A DNA stretch of 64,000 nucleotides from Acidimicrobiia bacterium. GTDB taxonomy: Bacteria > Actinomycetota > Acidimicrobiia > UBA2766. Location: assembly GCA_038904395.1 (NCBI GenBank), contig JBCKKC010000002.1, positions 14,285-78,284 of the forward strand, given 5' to 3'. Both the position numbers and the translations under genes were made by a program. This document shows, in pieces, positions 27,582-36,645 of this stretch. A model generated the notes under the pieces. It saw only the letters and a program-made list of their open reading frames with translations. It had not been told where the DNA came from and did not search any database. Numbering within the stretch: position 1 is the stretch's first letter; the number at the start of each line of letters is the position of its first letter.

Positions 27582-27694
27582 CTGCTGGGCCGCAGGTGGG
27601 TGGGCATGGCGACTTTTCGTTTCGTCGCCGGATATATTGTCTCACTAAGGCGGCCATTGTCGCTGGACTGACAAAATGGCATGGGAGTATTTTT

Positions 27695-28372
27695 ATGACG
27701 ATGGAGTTACCGGCTCCTGGCGGTACAGTTCCGAGTCAGCGAATTCACCTCACGCGGGTACCTGACGCATCGGGCACGACTGTGACTTTGGCAGATGCTG
27801 CCGAGAAGTATGGGGTATCGCGCTCGACCCTGAAGCGTAGGCTTGCCGATGGAGAGATTCAGGGTGCGCATAAACTGCCGGGCCCCAGAGGTGACGAATG
27901 GCACCTGCCTGTGGCTGCTCTTGAAGCGCTGGGATACCGGCCCGGCCAAGAACTAGATGGGTCAGCGACGGATCATGAACCGGCCCAGGACCAGGATGAC
28001 TCGGGTCAGAGTCTGTTTGTGCTGGTAGATCTTGTGACAGATTTAACCCGTGACCTACGTCAGGAAAGAGAGACCAGACGGCTCGAGCTCATGGCCGCAA
28101 ATGAGGAACACTTCAAGACGGTTCGAGATCGAGAGAATACTCTTATTGACTTAACCCGAACTGAAGAGAGGCTCCATGTCGCTCTTTCACAAAAAGATGA
28201 GCTTGAAGCGAGGTTGCAATCCGAGACTGCTGAGCGTGAACGACTCCGGGTTGAGTCTGAATTGCTGGGCCAGCGAGTTGGTGATCTTACATCGCAACTT
28301 CAAACTCAATCCGGTTCATGGTGGCGGCGGAATCGTCGAATGGCAAAACCGCCGCTTTCGAAACCCGAATAG
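27695..28372 (+). CDS. Excisionase/MerR-type HTH DNA-binding protein with long C-terminal coiled coil
   Basis: The HTH-like segment is VTLADAAEKYGVSRSTLKRRLADGEI. About 100 aa of heptad-like, charged sequence follows (RQERETRRLELMAANEE...ELEARLQSETAERERLRVESELLGQRV). The ATG at 27695 has a GGGAG 7 nt upstream. Confidence 0.6.
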   Translation: MTMELPAPGGTVPSQRIHLTRVPDASGTTVTLADAAEKYGVSRSTLKRRLADGEIQGAHKLPGPRGDEWHLPVAALEALGYRPGQELDGSATDHEPAQDQDDSGQSLFVLVDLVTDLTRDLRQERETRRLELMAANEEHFKTVRDRENTLIDLTRTEERLHVALSQKDELEARLQSETAERERLRVESELLGQRVGDLTSQLQTQSGSWWRRNRRMAKPPLSKPE

Positions 28373-28448
28373 AAGGCGACAGACTCGAGTCGAGGACGTC
28401 GGGGCCTTTCTGGGGCTGGATCTGTAGTGGCCGGGATGACCTGGCTCA

Positions 28449-28713
28449 ATGAACCACCATGGTCCGGCGGTGAACCATGGTGAGAATTGCGCTCTGGATC
28501 TGGGGCAGTGCTGACCTGAGAAGTGCCGGGCAGTTCGGAGAAGTCGCTGTTGATAACCACTTTGTAGGTCTCGACAGTCTGTCCGGCATATCGGAGTCAT
28601 CCACGAAAGTTAGAACGATCCTGACTAACCAGTGAACCAGCGGGTAACCATCTTGAACGGTCGGTGAACCCGGCGAGAGCTACCAAGTAGCCACCTTGAA
28701 CGGTCGGTGAAAC
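28449..28713 (+). repeat. Downstream array of the RTGAACC / CGGYCGGTGRAC motif, including a 17-bp perfect direct repeat
   Basis: Motif copies are ATGAACC (28449), GTGAACC (28470, 28632, 28664) and GTGAAAC (28707). CTTGAACGGTCGGTGAA is repeated exactly at 28652-28668 and 28695-28711, a 43-bp period. Confidence 0.55.
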
Positions 28714-28728
28714 TAGGCGATGAGCCCT

Positions 28729-29832
28729 CTAGCTGGACCTTGGGCCGTCGTCAGACAATCCACGAAAAAACGTATCGAGGGCGCTGGCACAGGCAGATGA
28801 CATTAAACCAATGGCCTGGCGAAAATTGGTCTCATGCTGGCCATCGACTGAATTTAGGCCCAAACAGACGTCGAGAACTACCGCCACAGAGCGAGTTTCA
28901 CGCAGGATAGGTTGGGCAGCGGCTTCAATGGATTCTGTTTCCCACCCAATAGCGGAAGAACAATTCTGGCTAACTAGTGATGCGAGATCTTGCCCTGCGC
29001 TCGACTGATATCGAGGACGGCCGAAATACTTGCAGCGCAACCCAGTTCCTTCTTGAGCTTGGCTTATGGCGATACTCAAGACCACATCAGGAGCAAACCA
29101 ATTGGCGAGACCTGCACGCTCACTGTCAGACGGGTTTGTGTCAGCCGAACGTGAGAGCAGGGTGTTGACTCCCTTGTTTCGGAGTTGGCCTGCTAGGTCT
29201 AGGGCGAAGGCAAAGCTTAACCCTGCTGACTCGCTTGCGGGCTCAGGCAGCAAAACTGTGCTGATGCTTTGGCCACCACTGGGGTCAATGAAGATACGTC
29301 GACCACTTAAACCGGAAGGTCCAGACTCCAGCATTAAACGCTCTCGCATGGTCGGATTAGGCGGACCGGCAGGAGCTCGGTCGAAACGAGCAAGCATGGC
29401 GATCACATCAGTGCCGGCGATTCCATCGATGGGTAAACCGCAGTTACGTTGAAATTCGGACACTGCGCGTCGTGCGCTTGGGCCAAAAATGCCATCGACC
29501 TTGCCAAGATCGAAACCTAGGTTAGCGAGGCGTTCTTGCAGCTCGGCAATGTCATCGCCTCGCATCCATGGCAGTCGCTCATATAAGACCCGATCGCCTA
29601 GCTGCCAACCAGCCTCGGTAAGGGTATCCCAAGTCAACGAATCGATGATTCCATTTGGTGTTAGACTGCGACTCGCTTGGAAGGCCTTGACCGCGCCGAG
29701 TGTCGCTGCGCCAAAGCGTTCTGGAGGATCAGACGGGGAGGGAAAACCAATGGCGTGCAACCTGTCACGAATATCTACGACAGACAATCCGGAATCGCCT
29801 TCTCGAATGGGTGAGAAAATTGTCTGTGACAT
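28729..29832 (-). CDS. cwlM: CwlM-like N-acetylmuramoyl-L-alanine amidase with two peptidoglycan-binding domains
   Basis: Two PG_binding_1-like repeats are present (V.D....L...GF......FG..T..AVK.FQ). A C-terminal Amidase_3-like domain follows. Position next to trxA and trxB matches mycobacteria. Confidence 0.8.
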   Translation of the reverse strand: MSQTIFSPIREGDSGLSVVDIRDRLHAIGFPSPSDPPERFGAATLGAVKAFQASRSLTPNGIIDSLTWDTLTEAGWQLGDRVLYERLPWMRGDDIAELQERLANLGFDLGKVDGIFGPSARRAVSEFQRNCGLPIDGIAGTDVIAMLARFDRAPAGPPNPTMRERLMLESGPSGLSGRRIFIDPSGGQSISTVLLPEPASESAGLSFAFALDLAGQLRNKGVNTLLSRSADTNPSDSERAGLANWFAPDVVLSIAISQAQEGTGLRCKYFGRPRYQSSAGQDLASLVSQNCSSAIGWETESIEAAAQPILRETRSVAVVLDVCLGLNSVDGQHETNFRQAIGLMSSACASALDTFFRGLSDDGPRSS

Positions 29833-30001
29833 TTTTGGTATAGATCCAGAATCTCAGGCCGAGGCCCCTACGCGCCAAGACGAAACGCCACCTCAGTCCT
29901 GGCGTCTACGAGACACCAGGTACAAGCAAAGCAATATTTGAGACTACCAGCTCACTATGCAGATTGGTGGCGCTCTCAAGCGGTGCTGGGCCAAGAGGGC
30001 G

Positions 30002-30382
30002 CTAACTGGAGGCAACCTTTAGAGTCGTGTGCTGGCTAATGGCTGCCATGATGTCACCTATTGGACGCACTCCAACGAATCTAGTTGTAGGAATTCCGTC
30101 GACAAAAAGGATGATCGTGGGGACGCTCATTACCTGGTAACGGCTAGCGATTTCAGATTCTGCGTCTACATCGAGTTTGGCGACGGTCAGACTCTTGGCA
30201 TATTCACCGGCAAGCTGATCGATTATTGGCGCCATGACTTTGCAGGGGCCACACCAGGAAGCAGTAAAGTCGACCAGAGTTGGTTGGTCACCCGAGCTGA
30301 TGACTGAATCAAAATCAGTACTTGTTAAGAATCTTGCATTTCCCATGGTTTTTTCTCCTCTTGAATCGATTATGGATGTCAC
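30002..30382 (-). CDS. trxA: Thioredoxin
   Basis: The WCGPC active site and typical length are present. Confidence 0.9.
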   Translation of the reverse strand: MTSIIDSRGEKTMGNARFLTSTDFDSVISSGDQPTLVDFTASWCGPCKVMAPIIDQLAGEYAKSLTVAKLDVDAESEIASRYQVMSVPTIILFVDGIPTTRFVGVRPIGDIMAAISQHTTLKVASS

Positions 30383-30395
30383 AGTTTATTGATTT

Positions 30396-31361
30396 TTACC
30401 AATCAAGTCCTTCAAGTGGTTCTCTTCGGTTTAGTGTGTAGTCCTCGTGTTCTAGATAGCGCTCAGCATCCATAGCTGCCATACAGCCACTGCCGGCAGC
30501 TGTAACTGCCTGACGCCAGATTCGATCTTGCACGTCACCGCATGCCCACAGCCCTCGCACGCTGGACCGAACGGAGTTATGTGTGACAACGTAGCCGTGG
30601 TGATCAACGTCAACTTGGCCTTTGAGAACCTCTGTGTTGGGAGTGTGGCCGATGGCTACGAAGCATCCTTGAACTGGCAGAAGAGTCTCTTGGCCAGTTA
30701 CGAGGTTCTTAGTGCGGAGGCCTTGCAGCTTGTCGTCGCCGACCATCTCGGTGACGGTCGTGTTCCATGTGAAGGAAATCTTGTCGTTTGCTTCTGCCCT
30801 AGCCACCATAATTTTCGATGCGCGCAGGCTGTCCCGCCGGTGGATTACGTACACGTGAGTTGCGAAGCGAGTGAGAAAAAGGGCCTCCTCGATGGCAGAG
30901 TCACCACCACCCACGACGGCTACTTCAAGGTCACGGAAGAAGAAACCATCACAGGTAGCGCACGTTGACACACCCCTGCCGGCGAGGTTGGCTTCGTTGG
31001 GGACACCAAGCCACTTAGCGGAAGCTCCGGTAGCCATGATCACAGCTTGAGCTTTGATCGTTTCGTTTTCGTCGGAGGTCAAAGTGAAGGGGCGCTTGGA
31101 CAAATCGATCTGTGTAATGTTCGATGTCTGAAACTGTGCACCAAAGCGTTGGGTTTGTTTCCTCATTGCTTCCATGAGGTCGGGTCCCAAAATACTGTCC
31201 GGGAACCCGGGATAGTTTTCTACCTCTGTAGTGAGCATGAGCTGGCCACCCGCCTGAGACCCCTCGAAAACTAATGGTGCCAATTGTGCCCGGGCTGCGT
31301 AGAGCGCGGCCGTATAGCCGGCTGGGCCAGATCCTACGATGACGAGCTGTTTCTTAATCAT
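30396..31361 (-). CDS. trxB: Thioredoxin-disulfide reductase
   Basis: The FAD motif is GSGPAGYTAA, the redox-active site is CATCDG, and the NADPH motif is GGGDSA. Confidence 0.93.
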   Translation of the reverse strand: MIKKQLVIVGSGPAGYTAALYAARAQLAPLVFEGSQAGGQLMLTTEVENYPGFPDSILGPDLMEAMRKQTQRFGAQFQTSNITQIDLSKRPFTLTSDENETIKAQAVIMATGASAKWLGVPNEANLAGRGVSTCATCDGFFFRDLEVAVVGGGDSAIEEALFLTRFATHVYVIHRRDSLRASKIMVARAEANDKISFTWNTTVTEMVGDDKLQGLRTKNLVTGQETLLPVQGCFVAIGHTPNTEVLKGQVDVDHHGYVVTHNSVRSSVRGLWACGDVQDRIWRQAVTAAGSGCMAAMDAERYLEHEDYTLNRREPLEGLDW

Positions 31362-31490
31362 GCAGCCTCAATACTCCTATTTGAATTTGCTATAACTTGC
31401 AGTGTCAATTGGGTTAAGTCCGACCGGACCCGTGCCCTGCGTAAGCCGAAGATTTAGTGCGCTATCTAGTAAAGCTTGATACTGCTCAGA

Positions 31491-32159
31491 TCATTCCCTT
31501 GTTTGACTTGCCTTGTCGGGATTGTATTTGCGGAGGCGCCACAGAATCACACCAGTTACAGCGAAGATGGCAGAGATGATGAACTCGGCAATCCAAGCTT
31601 TCGTTGTAACTAGGGCCAAAAGGCGGACTCCAAAGATGGTGGCCACGGTAGCGAGAGCAATTCCAACAACTGCTGCCAGAAGCACGAGCCCGATAGTGCG
31701 GGCGATCCGCTCGGCCGGAATAATTGTCCGGTCACGGACGGTAGTTACGACCGACTCAACGGTTTCGCCAATTTTTGTTGCCAACGACGTTGTGAAGGTT
31801 GGCTCATCTGAAGCGGTCGTGTTGGAGGAGGCGGACGTTTCGTCTTCAGATGTTTGAGATGCAGTTGTGGAAGATGTCGGAAACTGGGATGTAGCTGAGG
31901 CCTTGGTGTCGCCAGGGGTTGAATCTGAGTCAACTGGGCTGGTGGAGTAGTTTCTGGTCTTTTGGGAATCGGCTCCCGTATTCGTCGCCGCCTCCGGTGA
32001 AGGACTCGGTCCGGATACAACCTCGACTGGTTCAGAACTGGGACGATCTGAAGAGGCGGGAGTCTCATCTTGGCTTGGGTTGGCCGAGTCATCACTGGGC
32101 GACTCAGAGCCAGTTGATCCTACGTCTCTGTCGTCAGAAGGTGGTTCCGGCGTTACCAT
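31491..32159 (-). CDS. Hypothetical membrane protein, disordered Ser/Thr/Asp-rich N-terminus and two C-terminal TM helices
   Basis: About 135 aa of low complexity is followed by two hydrophobic helices (IGLVLLAAVVGIALATVATIF and IISAIFAVTGVILW). No family assigned with confidence. Confidence 0.5.
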   Translation of the reverse strand: MVTPEPPSDDRDVGSTGSESPSDDSANPSQDETPASSDRPSSEPVEVVSGPSPSPEAATNTGADSQKTRNYSTSPVDSDSTPGDTKASATSQFPTSSTTASQTSEDETSASSNTTASDEPTFTTSLATKIGETVESVVTTVRDRTIIPAERIARTIGLVLLAAVVGIALATVATIFGVRLLALVTTKAWIAEFIISAIFAVTGVILWRLRKYNPDKASQTRE

Positions 32160-32267
32160 TTTGGACTAGTCCTTTCCTCAGGAACTTCCCGAGGTGTATT
32201 CGAGTTGCCGCATTCACTTGGAATGGCAGTGAGAATCGCTATTGGCTCCCTTGGAGGCCATGTGCCA

Positions 32268-32888
32268 TTAGGGATATTTCGCAATCAAGGTACATTCACC
32301 GGGTGCCAAGACAAATACGGTATCACTTTCGCCGGAGATTGTTGGACTCTTAGCTGGTGCAGAGGCGCTTGCTGCAACGATGAACCAAGCCGGGACACCT
32401 TGCCAGGTTCCCGCATCGACTCGAGTAGGAATGGCGCTCTCAGGGAGAGTCTGTAGGCACTGTGGCAGCGTCCGAAATTCGGGCAGCCCTGAGGCTGCTG
32501 ATGCTAGCTCGGCCACCGTCGCGTCTCGGTTTATCTTGGCAGCGGGTGCCTTGGCCATGAGAGTCTCAAGCTGGGCTTCATCGACTAATTCCAGGTGAGA
32601 GAGAAAGAGGGCTGGGCGGTCGGCTGACTGGCTCGTAATTTGGTTGGGGCGACTCTTTGGCACAGTTGGATGCAAGAGAGCGGAACTGGCCACAGCCAAT
32701 GTGACACAGAGGCCGATGGCAAGAACAGCTCCAACAGCGAAGTACGGTAGCGCCGGGTGCCCCTTTTTCCGAGGGCTTAGCCTCCTCACGCGACCGGCTA
32801 AACGGTTTCGACGCATGGGTTTGGAGGGCTTGATCTCAGTGTTTGCAGTGTCTGTGCCTTGGGGATTATGTCTTGCCAAATTTAACAT
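32268..32888 (-). CDS. Hypothetical single-pass membrane protein with extracytoplasmic domain
   Basis: A basic N-terminus is followed by the TM helix ALPYFAVGAVLAIGLCVTLAV and a domain of about 130 aa. The 5' end overlaps the kinase 3' end, so the start may be the Met at 32816. The gene occupies the sigM/anti-sigM position of mycobacteria, but no sigma factor gene is present. Confidence 0.5.
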   Translation of the reverse strand: MLNLARHNPQGTDTANTEIKPSKPMRRNRLAGRVRRLSPRKKGHPALPYFAVGAVLAIGLCVTLAVASSALLHPTVPKSRPNQITSQSADRPALFLSHLELVDEAQLETLMAKAPAAKINRDATVAELASAASGLPEFRTLPQCLQTLPESAIPTRVDAGTWQGVPAWFIVAASASAPAKSPTISGESDTVFVLAPGECTLIAKYP

Positions 32889-34785
32889 CGAAGATTCTTG
32901 AACGTCCGCGGCCGTCTTGATAGGGGGAGAGCGTGGTCAGCCAAACAAGCCAGTATCTCGCCGAAATTGACCCAGTGTCGACAACTGCCGTGACTTTCTT
33001 AGAGTCGCCACCCGGGTCGCTTCCTGAGTTCGGCGAATCGGGCGACCCAGGAACAGCATGCCATTGTGAAATGTCTTGGGTCGGTTGGTCGGCGTGACGC
33101 AGTTCCAGGCTTGTACCCGGGCTAACTGTAACACTGACCTTTCCGGGTTTGACGGCCGAGCCCATGTCGAAGACCAATCCAACCCCAGACTTTAGATTTC
33201 CGAATTTTTGTGTGTTGTAGATCTCGGTTGACCAGCTTGTTTCAGGGTCGTTGTCGGCCGCCAAGATGATGTCGTGCGGGTTTTCACCGTCGTTTCCCGC
33301 TGGATCAAAGTCATACATGCGCACGGGCGCAAAGCGTTGAGTCGGGCCAAGGCTGCCAGTATTGTTGCCCATTCGGTGTGGAAAGATAGCTACAAGCAAG
33401 ACGATTACAGCAGCAAGCGAAACCAGTGAAAGGAGCGACCAGAAGCGCCGATGTCGAGCGCGCGGACGGTTCGACTCGTTGCGGCGGCCTTGGGTGTCGT
33501 TCTTGGCGTTCTTATCGGGTGCTGGCGCAAGAATGGCCGTGTCGCCAGAGGGATCAACCGAGGCATTGCTCATGGTATTTCTGGGGTTACGGTCAAGCTG
33601 CCTTGATTTCAGCTGGGTACTGACAGTTGCGGCTGGTTGCGCTGGCTGACGTGGAGAAACGTGGTCAGGAGGCCTGGTCGAAACCACGCTAGTCCCCCAG
33701 CGTGAGGCCTGGGCACCGGCCGTTAGTCGAGTCGCCGTTTTGTTTGAGTCAATCTGTGGCTTTGATAGTTGGCCTGCTCTGGCCGACCCGCCGACAGCCG
33801 GCATGGGCCTTGGAGATGCCGGTGCTGGTGTATTCAGTTGAGAGTCCAGAGCGCTCCGGTCGAAGCTCAACGGACTCGATGGCACACCGTACAGCGCGGA
33901 GAGCATTTCTTGGGCATTCTGATGTCGTTGATCGGGGTTTCGCTCCAATGCCACTTCTATCGCTCCGATGAGTTGGGGCGGTGCTTGCGGACACAGTGGG
34001 CTCAGGGGAGCAGGGGGATGCGTCGTGCGAGCAAAGGCGACAGCAGCATCGGAGTCGGCGATCCAGGGCAAACGGCCAGTCAACATTTTGTAAGCCACGC
34101 AGGCTAACGAATATAAATCTGATCTGAAGTCGACCCTGCGCCCGGCAGCTTGTTCAGGTGCCAAATACGAGGCAGTGCCGATGATTGCCCCAGTTGCTGT
34201 CAGGTCTGAGTGTGCCAATGCCCTGGCAATACCGAAATCGCCGAGCTTGATTACCGACGGTCCATGCTCTTTGGACAGCAAGATATTGGCCGGTTTGATG
34301 TCACGATGGATTACCCCACGCCCATGTGCATATGACAGCCCTAACAGAATGGATCGCAGGAGAGTTGTGCACTCAGATGGGCTAAGAGTGCCGCTAGGGC
34401 CAACTAGCCGAGACAGACTCAAGCCCTCAACCAGTTCCATGACGATGTAGTGCGAGTCGGCTTCTTCGCCGGCGTCATAGACAGTAACAATATTCGGATG
34501 GTTAAACGAAGCTGCTGCCACAGCCTCACGTCGGAACCGTTCTCGGAAGTCTGCGTCGTCTCGGAAGCGGGCATGAAGAATTTTGATGGCAACGTAACGG
34601 TTTAATCGCAGATCGTTGGCGCGCCAAACTACAGCCATGCCGCCTCGGGCAATTGGCTCGTGTAGTTGGTATCGGTCACCAAGCACCTGCACAGTAACCT
34701 CTGCGATAGGCGAACTCCCGCTTCGGCATATCACCGAAGAATCTTTGTGGCGTTCATTTAGGCCACGTCCTACAAGCGTAGGCAA
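32866..34785 (-). CDS. Ser/Thr protein kinase with TM segment and C-terminal extracellular beta-sandwich-like domain
   Basis: The catalytic motifs are intact: VAIKILH, HRDIKPANILL, DFGIA and YLAPEQ. A Pro/Ser-rich linker, the TM helix (FWSLLSLVSLAAVIVLLVAIF) and an ectodomain of about 170 aa follow (DNDPETSWST..Y....FG.....GVGLVFD). Confidence 0.85.
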   Translation of the reverse strand: MPTLVGRGLNERHKDSSVICRSGSSPIAEVTVQVLGDRYQLHEPIARGGMAVVWRANDLRLNRYVAIKILHARFRDDADFRERFRREAVAAASFNHPNIVTVYDAGEEADSHYIVMELVEGLSLSRLVGPSGTLSPSECTTLLRSILLGLSYAHGRGVIHRDIKPANILLSKEHGPSVIKLGDFGIARALAHSDLTATGAIIGTASYLAPEQAAGRRVDFRSDLYSLACVAYKMLTGRLPWIADSDAAVAFARTTHPPAPLSPLCPQAPPQLIGAIEVALERNPDQRHQNAQEMLSALYGVPSSPLSFDRSALDSQLNTPAPASPRPMPAVGGSARAGQLSKPQIDSNKTATRLTAGAQASRWGTSVVSTRPPDHVSPRQPAQPAATVSTQLKSRQLDRNPRNTMSNASVDPSGDTAILAPAPDKNAKNDTQGRRNESNRPRARHRRFWSLLSLVSLAAVIVLLVAIFPHRMGNNTGSLGPTQRFAPVRMYDFDPAGNDGENPHDIILAADNDPETSWSTEIYNTQKFGNLKSGVGLVFDMGSAVKPGKVSVTVSPGTSLELRHADQPTQDISQWHAVPGSPDSPNSGSDPGGDSKKVTAVVDTGSISARYWLVWLTTLSPYQDGRGRSRIFDVKFGKT

Positions 34786-34844
34786 TGCAGACCACTAGGC
34801 GGTGTAACCACGGCGGATTTTCCCGTGGCGGGAGAGAGTGGTTA

Positions 34845-36620
34845 TTAGAGCTCGGAGATTTGGCTTGGCACAGATGATGCCGAGGCGGACTCGACCTCGT
34901 TGCCTATCGGGTAGTCAGTGTCAGAATCATGGTCGCTGCCCTTACCCCTGCCTCGTCCACCCGAGCGAAGGATCGTGCGTAGTTGGCCAAAGTATGGGGC
35001 CTTGATCGCGAATGCCACGACCAGGAAGACCACGGCTCCGATCGTGACCCCGCACGCGACGTCCAAGATGCTGGACACCTGACGAAGTGTTTCGGACAGG
35101 AAGATCCGGTAAAGCACGAGGACTAGTGCCAATGGCGCACAGGCCAATGCGATGTGTGCGAAGTCTCGAAGCAGCCGTTTGCCGCCAATACTCCCGACGC
35201 GCTTGGATAGCATGATCCAGCCAAGAATTGACGCCAGCACGTAAGAGAGCCCAAATCCGAGGGCGAGTCCGTTCACTCCCATGTGCGCAAAGATGGCGTA
35301 GTCAAAACTGATGGCAAAAGCCGTGGCAATGGCGTTTATCCAAAACGGTGTGCGTGTGTCTTTTAGAGCATAGAAACTCCGCAAGATCAGCATGAACATC
35401 GTGAAGGGAACTAAACCGATTGCCATGTAACGCAGCACCCCGGCCACCACCAGAGTATCTGCGTGGTGGAAGTTGCCCCGCTGCAGAAACAGGGTGATAA
35501 TTGGCTCGGCCAGCAGCACATATCCCAATACTGCTGGTATGACTAGCAGTGCGGTGAGACCTATCCCTTCGCGCAGGAGCTCTCGGAACCGCTGCATGTT
35601 TTTTTTCGACACCTGCTGTGCAAGCCCTGGCAGGAGAGCGGTCATCACACTCACAGCAATGATCCCGTTCGGCAGTTGAAAAAACATGAACGCGTAAGAC
35701 CAAGCTGAATATGCGCCCTTGGTGGTGCTCGACAGCCTCTGCACAACCAGGAGGCCCAGTTGATTTGTTGTTACATAGGCGATTATCCACATTGAAAGTC
35801 GCAACAGCTTGGCAATGATCGGCGACCTCAGCGTGAGTCGAGGACGTAAATTGCCGTGAAGCCGCATCAAGGCTGGGATGTGAACCAATCCCATGGCAGC
35901 GATCCCGGCTGTGGTGCCCCATCCCAACAAGGCGGCGAGTCCCGGTGACAGGTCGACCGTAGGGCCCGAAGTGAGCATGTAGCCAAAGAGAATGAAAACG
36001 CCGATCACGACGAGATTGTTTAATACCGGGGCATATGCCTGCATGGCAAAACGATGATGAGCATTGAGGATGGCGCCCGAGACTGCGGTCATGGCGTAGA
36101 AAAAGATCTGGGCGGCGAACATACGCATGAGGTTGACAGCCAGCGAGTGTGCGGCGTCGGGCAGGCCGGAGGCGGTCAGATCAACAATGTAGGGCGCAAG
36201 AATTGCCATCAAAACCGAAGCGATCGCCGCCAAAGCGAGCGTGCCCCAAAAAAGCGTTGAAATCTCTTTCCATGCCGTGTCGTGGTCTTTGTTTGAGAGT
36301 TCGTCGACTACGAGGGGTACTAGTACGGACGTAAGTATGCCGCCCAGCACTAGCTCGTAGATCTGGTTAGGGGCCGTATTGGCAAAGGTGTATGCATCTG
36401 CCAGGCGTGACGCGGTGAGGCCCATTACCGACGCCGCAACCATGAACTTGACGAGCCCGATTAGGCGAGATATTAGTGTGCCTGAAGCCAGAATTGCGCT
36501 CGAGCGGGCAAGTCGTGAAGGTCTTTGGCCACCGGGTGCTGACTTAGATGGGCTAGCTGCGCTTGACGGACTAGCAGATTGACTTTGAGTATCGACTGCA
36601 GTTGTGCGGGCCTTAGGCAT
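34845..36620 (-). CDS. murJ: Lipid II flippase MurJ (MviN)
   Basis: The protein is a polytopic MOP-superfamily member of about 14 TM helices with MurJ-like N-terminal motifs (SRLLGLVR-like SRLIGLVKF). The start is set at ATG 36620, preceded by GGGGAGGTGA. The ORF track start at 36665 lies inside a repeat element. Confidence 0.88.
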   Translation of the reverse strand: MPKARTTAVDTQSQSASPSSAASPSKSAPGGQRPSRLARSSAILASGTLISRLIGLVKFMVAASVMGLTASRLADAYTFANTAPNQIYELVLGGILTSVLVPLVVDELSNKDHDTAWKEISTLFWGTLALAAIASVLMAILAPYIVDLTASGLPDAAHSLAVNLMRMFAAQIFFYAMTAVSGAILNAHHRFAMQAYAPVLNNLVVIGVFILFGYMLTSGPTVDLSPGLAALLGWGTTAGIAAMGLVHIPALMRLHGNLRPRLTLRSPIIAKLLRLSMWIIAYVTTNQLGLLVVQRLSSTTKGAYSAWSYAFMFFQLPNGIIAVSVMTALLPGLAQQVSKKNMQRFRELLREGIGLTALLVIPAVLGYVLLAEPIITLFLQRGNFHHADTLVVAGVLRYMAIGLVPFTMFMLILRSFYALKDTRTPFWINAIATAFAISFDYAIFAHMGVNGLALGFGLSYVLASILGWIMLSKRVGSIGGKRLLRDFAHIALACAPLALVLVLYRIFLSETLRQVSSILDVACGVTIGAVVFLVVAFAIKAPYFGQLRTILRSGGRGRGKGSDHDSDTDYPIGNEVESASASSVPSQISEL

Positions 36621-36645
36621 GTTCACATTCACCTCCCCAGATCGG

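Noticed and set aside
27355-27682. ORFs 27355-27657, 27407-27682 and 27365-27568 in the spacer upstream of the HTH gene, and 28306-28600 in the downstream spacer.
   Set aside because: They overlap each other on both strands, have no recognisable motifs, and coincide with the RTGAACC repeat arrays. The periodic DNA motif explains the sequence better than coding does.
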